Of a DNA stretch of 64,000 bases, positions 20,020 to 29,612 are shown piece by piece; positions within the stretch are counted from its first letter, which is position 1; each line of letters begins with the position of its first letter. Source of the DNA: Pirellulales bacterium. Lineage in GTDB: Bacteria; Planctomycetota; Planctomycetia; Pirellulales; JAICIG01. The translations under genes and the position numbers were made by a program. Below the pieces are notes generated by a model, which saw only the letters and a program-made list of their open reading frames with translations, made no database searches and was not told the DNA's origin. The DNA is taken from positions 154,231 to 218,230 of the forward strand of contig JBBDYJ010000001.1 of assembly GCA_040901675.1 (NCBI GenBank), read 5' to 3'.

Positions 20020-21699
20020 ATGGACACTAGATTCAGCGTATACCGAAAGATTGAAGACGCTCCCCGCGTGGCCGTGCACGGGCAGGTGTTCACGAAACCG
20101 CACATCGTCGATTTGATGCTGGACCTGGCGGGCTACACGGGCGACGAATCAAAGACTTTACTCGATCCGGGGTGCGGGCACGGGGCGTTTCTGGTGCAGG
20201 CAGCGTCGCGGCTCCTGAAATCGCGCGGGACCGTGAAGTCAAGCGAGGAGGTTGCCCAGTGTCTGCTTGGCATCGAGAAAGACGAAGCGGCAGCGGCTTG
20301 CTGCAAGGACCAGTTAAAAGCCGTCCTTCAATCCAGCGGAGTCACGGCAGGCGTTGCGGCGGAGATTGCCGGGCGTTGGGTTCTCGTTGGAGATTTTCTG
20401 GAGGAGGAGTTTCCCCGGCAATTTGACTACGTCGTCGGGAATCCGCCGTACGTGCGACAAGAGGCGATTCCGAAGGAGCAATTGGAGAGATACCGGGCCG
20501 ATTTCGAGTGCTTCTACGATCGAGCTGATCTGTATGTCGCGTTCTTCGAAAAAAGCCTGGGCTTGCTTGCTGAAGGGGGTTGCCTGGCGTTGATCTGCCC
20601 CGACCGGTTTGCCAAGAACAAGTACGGCAAGAAGCTGCGAGCATTGATCTCGCAGCATTTCAGTGTCGAATGCGTGCTCGATCTGGCCCAAGCTTCACCG
20701 TTTGAGCCCGATGTGACGTGCTACCCGGGCATCTTTGTGCTGCGCCGCATCGGGCACCGGAGCAAGACAAATCATGTCGATTACTTCCGAATGACGGAAG
20801 CCACGCTCGAGGAGTGCGAGGCCGTTCGATGCAAGCAGTCGAACGGCACGGTCACGTACCATCGGTATGATGGATGGTTTACCGGTGAACAACAGTGGTC
20901 CATCGAGTCACCCAGGCATCTGGCATTGCTTCGCCGGCTTGAGACAGAATGCGTTGCGCTGGGCAACGCCTCTTCCGGCTGTCGCGTGGGAATTGGCGTT
21001 GCCACCGGCGCCGACGAGATCTTCATCGTCGATCAGCATTGCGATGAAGTAGAACGCCGATTGTTGATGCCCCTTGTAACCACAAGGGACGTAGCAAGTG
21101 GCGCAGTGGCCTGGACGGGCAAGTGCGTCATCAATCCGTTTGTCGGCGACACATCGGCATTAATCGACCTGGAGCAGTTCCCCAAGGCCCGAGCCTATTT
21201 TCAAAGGCATCGACAACGCTTGGAAAGTCGGAACGTCGCCCAACGCGATCTCGATCGGTGGTACAGAACGATCGATCGTGTCTATCCTGACTTACAGACG
21301 CGCCCCAAGCTGCTCATCCCCGACATCAAGGCCGAGAACTTGATTGTGCTCGAAGAAGGGCGGCTCTATCCCCATCACAATCTCTATTACGTCGCGTCGC
21401 CTTATTGGGATTTAAAGGCGCTTCGCACGATACTGCGTTCGTCCATCGGCAAGTTCTTCGTGTGGATGTACGGCGTCAAGATGCGGGGGGACTTCCTCCG
21501 ATTTCAGGCTCAATACCTCAGGCGAATCTGCATTCCGCCTCTTATGACGACCAGCAAGGCCGTCGTCGATCGATTACGGCGTGTGGATAGCTCGGACGAC
21601 CAAGATCAAATCGATGCTGTGGTAGCGCAGGCATATGGCCTGAACAGCGACGAATTGGAGCTGCTTCGGGCTGTAGCTCTTCCCCGACGCCAACGCTAA
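20020..21699 (+). CDS. Type II N6-adenine DNA methyltransferase (gamma class; Eco57I/TaqI-like, PaeR7I/XhoI-like)
   Basis: GQVFTKP, LLDPGCGHGAF, VVGNPPYVR, RADLYVAFFE, VGIGVATGAD, KLLIPDIK, YPHHNLYY, LRFQAQYLRRI. Confidence 0.9.
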   Translation: MDTRFSVYRKIEDAPRVAVHGQVFTKPHIVDLMLDLAGYTGDESKTLLDPGCGHGAFLVQAASRLLKSRGTVKSSEEVAQCLLGIEKDEAAAACCKDQLKAVLQSSGVTAGVAAEIAGRWVLVGDFLEEEFPRQFDYVVGNPPYVRQEAIPKEQLERYRADFECFYDRADLYVAFFEKSLGLLAEGGCLALICPDRFAKNKYGKKLRALISQHFSVECVLDLAQASPFEPDVTCYPGIFVLRRIGHRSKTNHVDYFRMTEATLEECEAVRCKQSNGTVTYHRYDGWFTGEQQWSIESPRHLALLRRLETECVALGNASSGCRVGIGVATGADEIFIVDQHCDEVERRLLMPLVTTRDVASGAVAWTGKCVINPFVGDTSALIDLEQFPKARAYFQRHRQRLESRNVAQRDLDRWYRTIDRVYPDLQTRPKLLIPDIKAENLIVLEEGRLYPHHNLYYVASPYWDLKALRTILRSSIGKFFVWMYGVKMRGDFLRFQAQYLRRICIPPLMTTSKAVVDRLRRVDSSDDQDQIDAVVAQAYGLNSDELELLRAVALPRRQR

Positions 21700-22562
21700 A
21701 TCAGCCGGCGCAACTTGGCAACATCCAGGAGCCGGCGAATAAAGGGGCGAGAGTCAAGACGATCATCAACTGACGACGTCGCGAACGACCACTCGTCTGC
21801 CGTCTTGGGATGTGCCTTGAGGCGCCTTACCTTGACTGGCACGAGCGCAACTGCATCGTAATGCACCGTCGGTTCGAGCGATGGCTCCTTAGCGACGAGA
21901 TCCAGCAATGATTCCTCGGCGAGCGTTATGGCGTCCTGACGCCGCCGTGAGCTCGCAATGGCTTGCTTGCGGTACTTCGCTACATTGTCGAGCCGAAAAA
22001 AGTCGCCGCCCTCCTCAATCAACTCTAGGAATGGGGCTACTCCCCTGACTTCGCCCGAGCCAATCCGATCCGGCCGGAGGTTGCCCTTTTCCGCCAGGCC
22101 ACGCGGCACTCTGCCATCCAGCATAAAGAAGAAAAAGCCGAATGAACATGGCAGATCGTACAGTCTCAATACCGCTGAATCGCCGAAGGCCTCCTCGATT
22201 CGGTTGGTTAAGTTGCGGTACGCGCTCTGCATCGTCTTGATCGAGATCAGAATCTTCGGCTCGCCTTGCAGAGGCCAACAGACGTCAAAGCGCTTTGAAC
22301 GATGGGGACGAAAGCGAATCTGCCGCGGGCCTACTTCAGACGCAGTTACGCCAAGCGACGATGCCAATTGTGTCCGCCAGAATTGCTCGAAGACGCCGAC
22401 GTGTCGAGCGTTTGTCGTCCCCAAGTTTCTGTCCTTGATCGGTGAGTCAAGGCCGCGGCCCTGGCGAAGTTGCAGTGCCTGCATCGCCTGAAAATAGGTG
22501 TGCCAGAAGGTGCGACAGGCCGCCGTGAGTTGATTGCCTGTCGTTTGAAAGTGCTTTGCCAT
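21696..22562 (-). CDS. Putative type II restriction endonuclease, distantly PaeR7I/XhoI-like
   Basis: KRFDVC...ISIKTM (PD-(D/E)xK-like) and NLTNRIEEAFGD; convergent with and overlapping the methyltransferase. Confidence 0.65.
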   Translation of the reverse strand: MAKHFQTTGNQLTAACRTFWHTYFQAMQALQLRQGRGLDSPIKDRNLGTTNARHVGVFEQFWRTQLASSLGVTASEVGPRQIRFRPHRSKRFDVCWPLQGEPKILISIKTMQSAYRNLTNRIEEAFGDSAVLRLYDLPCSFGFFFFMLDGRVPRGLAEKGNLRPDRIGSGEVRGVAPFLELIEEGGDFFRLDNVAKYRKQAIASSRRRQDAITLAEESLLDLVAKEPSLEPTVHYDAVALVPVKVRRLKAHPKTADEWSFATSSVDDRLDSRPFIRRLLDVAKLRRLI

Positions 22563-22792
22563 TTGGCCCGGCCGATGGATGGACAGAATCCGAGGCGCAT
22601 AGTCTGGCACCATCGCTATTGATCGACGCATGGCCGGTCGGGAATGAGGCAATCGCCGCGCCGGGCGATTGGCTTGCGACAGCCGACCAGTTACAATGGC
22701 GACCGGCTTACTCGCGCATGGAGTCGGCCCAGGCCTACCGTATTGTCCCGCCTAATAGAATCGTCCCGCCTAACAAGCCCACCGGGGAGATC

Positions 22793-24001
22793 ATGCCAGG
22801 TCGTCAGACAAGGCCAGTCGCAGGGCCGGCCGCTCGTGTCTTGGTATCTTTGGCTGCTTACGCCCTGTTTGCCGTCGGGCCTCAGTGCGGCCGAGGGCTT
22901 GCCGGCGATGAGGCGGCCGGCGACCTGGCGGGACCGCTGGAAGTCCTGCGATCCGTGGGCCCGATGGGCGCGGGCAACGAGGCGGCCGCCCGGGCGTGGC
23001 GCGCGGTGGTCAAGGCGAATGCCGAAGACTTGACCGAGGTGCTGGCCGCGTTGGATGGGGCCGGGCCGCTGGCGGCCAACTGGATCCGCTCCGCCGTCGA
23101 TGCCATCGCCGAGCGGCAGGTGCGCGCGGGGGGCGATTTGCCCAAGGAGGAACTCGAAGCGTTCATCCACGATACCGAGCATTCTCCGCGCGGTCGGCGG
23201 ATGGCATTTGAATGGCTCACGCGGGTCGACGCCTCGGCCCCCGACCGGCTCATTCCCGGCTTGCTCAACGACTCAAGCGTTGAGTTCCGCCGCGACGCCG
23301 TGGCCCGGCTGCTGGCGGAGGCCGAAGCGCTGGGGGGCAAGAGCGATGAGACCTCGAAGGCAGCCGCCGGCGAGGTGTACCGCAAGGCCTTGTCCGGGGC
23401 GCGCGACGTGGACCAGGTTCAACAGATCAAGGGCGAACTGGAGAAGCTGGGCCACAAGGTCGATCTGGCCAGGCACTTCGGCTTTCTGCTCGATTGGAAG
23501 CTGATCGGCCCCTTCGACAACACGGATGAGAAGGGCTTCGACGTTGTCTATCCGCCTGAAGAGGTGCTGGACCCGGCGGCTGAGTACGAAGGCAAGCCGG
23601 GCAGCAATGGCTCGCGCCTCGTCCAATGGGTGGACCACAGCAGCAAAAACGAGTTCGGCCAGGTCGATCTGAATCAGGCGTTGGGAAAGGCCAACGGAGT
23701 CGCGGCCTATGCCTTGGCCGAGTTCGACAGCGCCGAACAGCAAGAGGTCGAGTTGCGCCTCGGCTCGTTGAACGCGGTGAAGCTGTGGCTCAACGGCGAC
23801 TTGCTCCATCAGCACCGCGTCTATCACTCCGGCGCGCAGATGGACCAGTATATCGCCCGCGGCCGGTTTGAACCCGGACGCAACCTGATTCTTCTCAAGG
23901 TCTGCCAGAACGAACAGGCCGAAGAGTGGGCGCAGGCCTGGGCCTTCCAGCTCCGCGTCTGCGACTCCGCCGGCACGGCCATCCTTTCGCGGGACCGGTG
24001 A
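22793..24001 (+). CDS. Exported hypothetical protein (helical N-terminal part, beta-sandwich-like C-terminal part)
   Basis: GGGGAG RBS; signal-peptide-like segment; WKLIGPFDN...VKLWLNG...GRNLILLKV. Confidence 0.75.
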   Translation: MPGRQTRPVAGPAARVLVSLAAYALFAVGPQCGRGLAGDEAAGDLAGPLEVLRSVGPMGAGNEAAARAWRAVVKANAEDLTEVLAALDGAGPLAANWIRSAVDAIAERQVRAGGDLPKEELEAFIHDTEHSPRGRRMAFEWLTRVDASAPDRLIPGLLNDSSVEFRRDAVARLLAEAEALGGKSDETSKAAAGEVYRKALSGARDVDQVQQIKGELEKLGHKVDLARHFGFLLDWKLIGPFDNTDEKGFDVVYPPEEVLDPAAEYEGKPGSNGSRLVQWVDHSSKNEFGQVDLNQALGKANGVAAYALAEFDSAEQQEVELRLGSLNAVKLWLNGDLLHQHRVYHSGAQMDQYIARGRFEPGRNLILLKVCQNEQAEEWAQAWAFQLRVCDSAGTAILSRDR

Positions 24002-24074
24002 GAACAAGAACCCTGATCAGAAGTCCACGTCGTCACCCAGCGAACCCTTTCGTCAATCGAGTCAAAAGCCGACC

Positions 24075-25355
24075 ATGAACAAACCGTCGTTGCTTCGCTC
24101 CGTTCGGTCCCATTGCCTGCGGATTCGTGCTTGGCCGCTCTATCTCTGCCTGCTCTCGGCCGCGGCGGCCGGCGCCGACTGGCGGCAATTCCGCGGCAAC
24201 GACAACACGGGCGCGGGCCCGGCCGGATCACTGCCGGTCGAGTGGAGCGTGCCGGGCGATGAAGCCGGCGGCGCGGCCAAAAGCAAGAACATCGCCTGGC
24301 AGGCCGATTTGCCGGGGCGCGGCGTATCGAGCCCGATTGTGGTCGGCGGCAAAGTCATTGTCACCGCCTCCAGCGGCATCCGGCAAGATCGGCTGCACGT
24401 GCTGGCCTTCGACGTCGAGACCGGCCAACTGGCCTGGGAGCGGCAGTTCTGGGCCACCGGACATACCTCTTGCCATCCCACCATGGCGGTGGCCGCCCCG
24501 ACGCCGGCCAGCGACGGCGAGCACGTGTTCGCCTTCTACTCTTCAAACGACATGGTCGCTCTGGACCTCGATGGCAACCTGCAGTGGGTCCGCGGCCTGA
24601 CGCACGACTTTCCCGCGGCGGCCAACGACGTCGGCATGGCGGCCTCGCCGGTGGTGATCGGCGACACCTTGGTGGTGCAGGTGGAGAACAAGGGCGAGTC
24701 GTTTGCCGCCGGGCTCGACACGGCCACGGGCCAGACACGCTGGCAGCACGACCGCGACAAGCAAATGAACTGGACATCGCCGGCGGTGCTGCGCGGCAAG
24801 GGCCCGGCCGACGACGCCGTTCTGCTGCAATCGCCAAGCCGGCTCACCGCGCACCATCCACGCACGGGCGAGCAGCTCTGGGCCTACCCGGCAGGCTGCT
24901 CGGTGATCCCCTCGGTGGTGGCTGCCGAGGGGACCGTCTTTTTGCCTACCGGCGGGCTGACTGCGCTGCGGCCCCCATCGGGCAGCCAGGCGGCCGAGGT
25001 CCTTTGGACCCAGGCCAAACTGGGTCCCGGCTCCGCCAGCCCCCTGATCGACCAGGGACGAGTCTACGCCCTGAACAACGGCGGGGTGCTGACCTGCGGC
25101 GATGCCGCGACGGGAGAGGAGCTGTGGCGGCTCCGGCTGGCCGGCCCTTTTTGGGCAACGCCGATCGCCGCGGGCGGCCATATCTACTGCGTGAACGAAA
25201 AGGGGCTGGCCCAGGTGGTCCGCCCACAGGAATCGGAGGGTGAACTGGTGGCCCGCAACGATTTCGGCGAGCCGATCCTGGCTTCGCCCGCCGCGGACGG
25301 CCACGCGCTCTACTTCCGCAGCGATGCTCATCTGTGGAAAATCGAGGGACGCTGA
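24075..25355 (+). CDS. PQQ-binding-like beta-propeller repeat protein
   Basis: DWRQFRG, LPGRGVSSP, repeated xDxxTGxxxW. Confidence 0.88.
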   Translation: MNKPSLLRSVRSHCLRIRAWPLYLCLLSAAAAGADWRQFRGNDNTGAGPAGSLPVEWSVPGDEAGGAAKSKNIAWQADLPGRGVSSPIVVGGKVIVTASSGIRQDRLHVLAFDVETGQLAWERQFWATGHTSCHPTMAVAAPTPASDGEHVFAFYSSNDMVALDLDGNLQWVRGLTHDFPAAANDVGMAASPVVIGDTLVVQVENKGESFAAGLDTATGQTRWQHDRDKQMNWTSPAVLRGKGPADDAVLLQSPSRLTAHHPRTGEQLWAYPAGCSVIPSVVAAEGTVFLPTGGLTALRPPSGSQAAEVLWTQAKLGPGSASPLIDQGRVYALNNGGVLTCGDAATGEELWRLRLAGPFWATPIAAGGHIYCVNEKGLAQVVRPQESEGELVARNDFGEPILASPAADGHALYFRSDAHLWKIEGR

Positions 25356-25395
25356 TTTCACCTCGACCGGCCGATCCAACGTCCCCCATTCGTCG

Positions 25396-26682
25396 ATGCC
25401 TTCCAAAGCCGATCAAATCGAAATCGAGCCGACAGGGCCGCTCGTCGGCTCCGTGAGGCCTCCAGGGTCCAAGAGCCTGACGAACCGCGCGTTGGTTTGC
25501 GCGGCCCTGGCCGAGGGCGACTCTACGCTCCATGGCGCACTAGACAGCGAAGACACCCAAGTCATGGTCGAAGGGCTGCGGCGATTGGGGTTCGGCGTCG
25601 ATTCTGATCGCTCCAGCGGGCGCATCGTGGTGCGAGGCGCGGCGGGCCGGGTGCCGGCCAAGGGGGCCGACTTGTACGTGGCCAACAGCGGCACGACGAT
25701 CCGCTTTCTTGCCGCGCTGACCACGCTGGGACATGGAACTTTCAGGCTCGACGGCACGCCCCGCATGCGCCAGCGGCCGATCGGCGACCTGATCGAGGCC
25801 TTGAGGCAGCTTGGGGCCGATGCGGCCAGCGAGCACGACAACGGATGCCCGCCGGTGATCATCCGGGCACGCGGCCTGCCGGGCGTCAAGGCAACGGTCC
25901 GCGGCGACGTCTCCAGCCAGTTCCTCAGCGGGTTGTTGATGGCAGCCCCCTTCGCCGAAGAGCCGGTCGAGCTTTCGGTGAAAGGCGACCTGGTATCGAA
26001 ACCTTACATCCGCATGACGCTGGAGGTCATGGCTGCCTTTGGCGTCGAGGTCGAACGGCTCGGGGACCAGCGCTTCAAGCTTCCCGCCGGGGCGGCCTAT
26101 CGAGCGTGCGAGTACCAGATCGAACCCGATGCTTCGGCCGCCAGCTATTTCTTTGCCGCGGCGGCCATCAGTGGCGGCCGGGTGACCGTCGAGGGGTTGT
26201 CGAGGGATAGCGTCCAAGGCGACGTAGCATTCGTCGACCTCTTGCAGCGGATGGGTTGCCAGGCGCTTTTCGAACACGACCGGATAACGGTCGCCGCCGG
26301 TCCGCTCAAGGGCATCGAAGCGGACATGAACGCCATCAGCGACACCGTGCAGACGCTGGCCGCCGTGGCCTTGTTTGCCGACGGGCCAACCACGATCCGC
26401 GGCGTCGCGCACATCCGGCACAAAGAAACCGACCGGATCGGGGCCCTGGCCGCCGAGCTGCGAAGGCTGGGCGCCTACGTGGACGAGCGGGCCGATGGCC
26501 TTTGCATCGAGCCGGCCGCCCTGCACGGCGCCACGATCGAGACCTACCAGGATCACCGCATGGCAATGAGCCTGGCGCTGGTCGGTCTCAAGACGCCCGG
26601 CGTGATCATCCGCGACCCCGCCTGCACCGCGAAGACCTACCCCAAGTTCTTCGAAGACCTTGCGGGGCTCGCGGGTCAATAG
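25396..26682 (+). CDS. aroA: 3-phosphoshikimate 1-carboxyvinyltransferase (EPSP synthase)
   Basis: PGSKSLTNR, NSGTTIRF, SSQFLSGLL, RHKETDRI, DHRMAM, KTYPKFF. Confidence 0.97.
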   Translation: MPSKADQIEIEPTGPLVGSVRPPGSKSLTNRALVCAALAEGDSTLHGALDSEDTQVMVEGLRRLGFGVDSDRSSGRIVVRGAAGRVPAKGADLYVANSGTTIRFLAALTTLGHGTFRLDGTPRMRQRPIGDLIEALRQLGADAASEHDNGCPPVIIRARGLPGVKATVRGDVSSQFLSGLLMAAPFAEEPVELSVKGDLVSKPYIRMTLEVMAAFGVEVERLGDQRFKLPAGAAYRACEYQIEPDASAASYFFAAAAISGGRVTVEGLSRDSVQGDVAFVDLLQRMGCQALFEHDRITVAAGPLKGIEADMNAISDTVQTLAAVALFADGPTTIRGVAHIRHKETDRIGALAAELRRLGAYVDERADGLCIEPAALHGATIETYQDHRMAMSLALVGLKTPGVIIRDPACTAKTYPKFFEDLAGLAGQ

Positions 26683-26742
26683 TTGTCAGCCGCCGGCTCA
26701 CGGAGCGCCACACTCCCCGCCGTCTGCTATACTTGGCTTGCC

Positions 26743-27741
26743 ATGTTCATCCGCAGGCGAAACCCGCTGGATCCGCTGGGCGGCACCGAGACGCCCGAGA
26801 GCTACGTCCTCTCCAGGCGGCGGGCGCTCAAAGTGGCCGGCGGAGTTGCTGGAGTAGCCGCCCTGGGCGGAGGCGGATACGCGGGCTGGCAATGGTTTCG
26901 CGGTTCCGACGCCGAGGTGATCGAACGCGGCAACACCGGGACCGAGGCACAACAGGGACTGAGCCGATTCTTCCCGGCAGCCCCCGACCGACGCTTTACC
27001 TACGGCCGGCCAGAAACGGTCGAAGCCGAAGCAGCCCGCTATACCAACTTCTACGAGTTCTCCAGTTTCAAGTCGTCGTGGCGGAATGTCGGAAAGTTCA
27101 AGACCGAGCCCTGGACGATCACGGTAAGCGGCCTGTGCCGCAATGCCTTCAAGCTGGACATCGGCGACTTCATGGCCCGTTACGCCAGCCGCCTTGTCGA
27201 GCGCCAGTATCGGCTGCGCTGCGTGGAAACGTGGGCCATGGCCATCCCCTGGACGGGCATCGAACTGGGTTGGGTGCTCAAGGATGCCGACCCGCTGCCG
27301 GCTGCAACGCACGTGCGGTTCGTGTCCTTCGACCGGCCGAGCGAGGCGCCGGGCATGGCCGGCACGCCCGAAATGCCCTGGCCCTACACCGAGGGGCTGA
27401 CCCTGGCCGAAGCGGCCAACGAGTTGGTGCTGTTGGCGACCGGGATGTACGGACATCCGCTGCTCAAGCAGCACGGTGCGCCGGTGCGGCTGGTGGTGCC
27501 TTGGAAATACGGCTACAAGTCGATCAAGTCGATCGAACGAATCGAGCTGGTCAAGAGCCGCCCCGCCACCTTCTGGACCACCCTGGATCCGGAAGCATAT
27601 CCGTTCCAGTCGAACGTCGAGCCCGACGTGCCCCGTCCTTGGCCGCAAGACACCGAACGGATGCTCGGCACGGGCGATGTGTTTCCCACCCAGCTCTACA
27701 ACGGCTATGGCCAGTACGTGGCCAACCTCTACGTTGGCTGA
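26743..27741 (+). CDS. msrP: Protein-methionine-sulfoxide reductase catalytic subunit (Mo-cofactor, Tat-exported)
   Basis: SRRRALK Tat motif, YTNFYEF, RLRCVETW, WPYTEGL, GAPVRLVVPWKYGYKSIK, YNGYG. Confidence 0.92.
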   Translation: MFIRRRNPLDPLGGTETPESYVLSRRRALKVAGGVAGVAALGGGGYAGWQWFRGSDAEVIERGNTGTEAQQGLSRFFPAAPDRRFTYGRPETVEAEAARYTNFYEFSSFKSSWRNVGKFKTEPWTITVSGLCRNAFKLDIGDFMARYASRLVERQYRLRCVETWAMAIPWTGIELGWVLKDADPLPAATHVRFVSFDRPSEAPGMAGTPEMPWPYTEGLTLAEAANELVLLATGMYGHPLLKQHGAPVRLVVPWKYGYKSIKSIERIELVKSRPATFWTTLDPEAYPFQSNVEPDVPRPWPQDTERMLGTGDVFPTQLYNGYGQYVANLYVG

Positions 27742-27842
27742 TCCCTGCTGCGGCTAAGCTCCGCACGGCACGCGGAAGCGCGCTGCCGAAGAGCGAATGC
27801 CACGCGAGCGTGCCTGCGGCGAGATGGGCTGGGACTCGAACT

Positions 27843-28070
27843 TCAGCGGGGAGGCATCCTGCTGCGTTGATCGGCCATCTCGAGCAGTTCCTCCGCCCGC
27901 CGCATCAGCAATCCGGAATCAGAAAGCGATGCCTGCGACGCCTGTGGATCGCTCGCCATGAACTGGCCGCGGCAGTGCTGGCATGTAACCCGCCTGCCAA
28001 GGTACTCGACTCGGACGTGCAGGCTTCGACCGCAGGTGGGACATTCTTGGACGAAGTACGTCTTCGACAT
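27843..28070 (-). CDS. Small zinc-ribbon protein
   Basis: CPTC...CQHC; AAGGAG RBS. Confidence 0.75.
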   Translation of the reverse strand: MSKTYFVQECPTCGRSLHVRVEYLGRRVTCQHCRGQFMASDPQASQASLSDSGLLMRRAEELLEMADQRSRMPPR

Positions 28071-28365
28071 GGCGGTATCTCCTTCTACCGTGGTCCAGCC
28101 GCACACCAGACGCCCCAGAGTGTACGAAAGTCAGAAACCGAATTCAATGAAATCCCGTCCATCTTTCCCTCCAGCCGCCAATTTATTCTGTGCCACACTC
28201 GGCAAAGCAGGCGGATTAGGCAAACCGGGAAGAACAAACGGACCCCGTACGAGCCAGTGTTCCGAGCGAAGGGCAAGGCTGTCGCCCCCTCGCAGTCGGG
28301 GATCGCGGCGCCCCGAGCGTTGGGCGCTGGCAGATCTCCCGCAGCGGAGGGTGACAGAAAAAAGC

Positions 28366-28677
28366 TCAGCGCGTCCTTACGATCCGCACGTGCTGGACGC
28401 CGTTGTCGACCATCCACTGCAGCCAGTTCTCATGCTCTTCGCTCAGTTCGACTTGGGCCTGGTTCTCGCTGTCCAAGGGCGATACGACGTGCATAACCCC
28501 TTCATCCAGCCATATCCGGGCGCTGTCGCAACGGATCCAGTACTCGCCCTCGGGCAGGCTGGGGATGCCGTCCTCTCCCGGAATGCTCATGAAATAGGCA
28601 ATCTCCGTGCGAAAACGGTCCGACATTGTGAAGGGGGCCAACTCTGGCCTGGTCACTGCGTAAACAAGTGTCGCCAT
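28366..28677 (-). CDS. Hypothetical acidic protein
   Basis: Protein-like composition (MATLVYAVTRP...VVSPLDSENQAQVELSEEHENWLQWM). Confidence 0.65.
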   Translation of the reverse strand: MATLVYAVTRPELAPFTMSDRFRTEIAYFMSIPGEDGIPSLPEGEYWIRCDSARIWLDEGVMHVVSPLDSENQAQVELSEEHENWLQWMVDNGVQHVRIVRTR

Positions 28678-28873
28678 GATGGGTAACCGCCGGGTGCCGT
28701 GGGGGTCGCCGGGACGTTTTCGAAAGTGCCTCGCCCCCCAGACAGTTAACGTAGCAAGCGGCCAGGGGTTATCCAAATCGAGCGTGCTGCTGCCGGTCGA
28801 GCGCACCGGGCCGCTGACGTATGCTTGAATAGGATTCCCGTCGAGCACACCGAACCAGAGGGAGAGGCCCGTC

Positions 28874-29587
28874 ATGCAAGGTCAAACGTCAATCGGCGAT
28901 CCAGCCGAGATCGGGACACCGTCGATGGTGGCGAGCAAGCGGGCATCGTTTGCCGGCGGTCGAGCGGCATGGATGGCGCTGTGCGCCTGCGTCGTGGCGC
29001 TGTTCGCGCCGGCGAGCCGGGCGGAAGATGCCCAAAAGGCTGACGGCAAACTCCCGGAGTTTTCGGTGGTGGTCAAGAACGTCGAGAGCCACTTTGCCGC
29101 GAACGCCAACTACCGCCATGGCGACATCATCTCGCGGCGTGACGTGACTGCGCTGTTCGAAGCCTTGGAAGAATTGGGTTGGGAGGTGGCGGATCGCAAA
29201 GCAATCGAGGAACGGGTGCCTCTTGACGGCGAGTTCCTGGTGACCCAACTGCGGACCCGCGCGGGACGGAAGTTCATGGCCCAGATAGCCGCGATGCCGC
29301 AGGGTTACGATCGCGTCGACCGGTTGTCCGCCCTTTCGGATGGGAAGCAAATCGTCCAGGAGCTCATCACCGGCCCCGACGGCTACAAAATGTTCGAATA
29401 CATGACCAGCAGCGAGGGAGGGCGCGAGATTGGCCGGATGTTGTCGCGGACCGCCAAACGCAAGAACTTCAATGAGCCGACCGGCCGCATCTATACCGCG
29501 GCCCAGTTGATCGCCCGGCTCAAAGAGAGCTACGCCTCCGCCCAGGAGCCTGAGAAGCCGGCCAGGTCCAGGGCCGCTTCGCGTTAA
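28874..29587 (+). CDS. Exported hypothetical protein (start uncertain)
   Basis: Hydrophobic signal-like segment ending ASRA; plausible globular sequence. Confidence 0.7.
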   Translation: MQGQTSIGDPAEIGTPSMVASKRASFAGGRAAWMALCACVVALFAPASRAEDAQKADGKLPEFSVVVKNVESHFAANANYRHGDIISRRDVTALFEALEELGWEVADRKAIEERVPLDGEFLVTQLRTRAGRKFMAQIAAMPQGYDRVDRLSALSDGKQIVQELITGPDGYKMFEYMTSSEGGREIGRMLSRTAKRKNFNEPTGRIYTAAQLIARLKESYASAQEPEKPARSRAASR

Positions 29588-29612
29588 CTCACCGCCGCTC
29601 AGTGCGAGCCCC

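Noticed and set aside
27830..27841. 12-nt match (TGGGACTCGAAC) to the tRNA-Lys T-arm as a possible att site
   Set aside because: Short, on the 5' side of the tRNA, no integrase, and core genes (aroA) lie between.
28678..28800. Possible riboswitch in the leader of the 28366-28677 gene
   Set aside because: Some stems are possible, but I found no recognisable consensus (e.g. no c-di-GMP-I GGCAAAC/GCAAAGC core).
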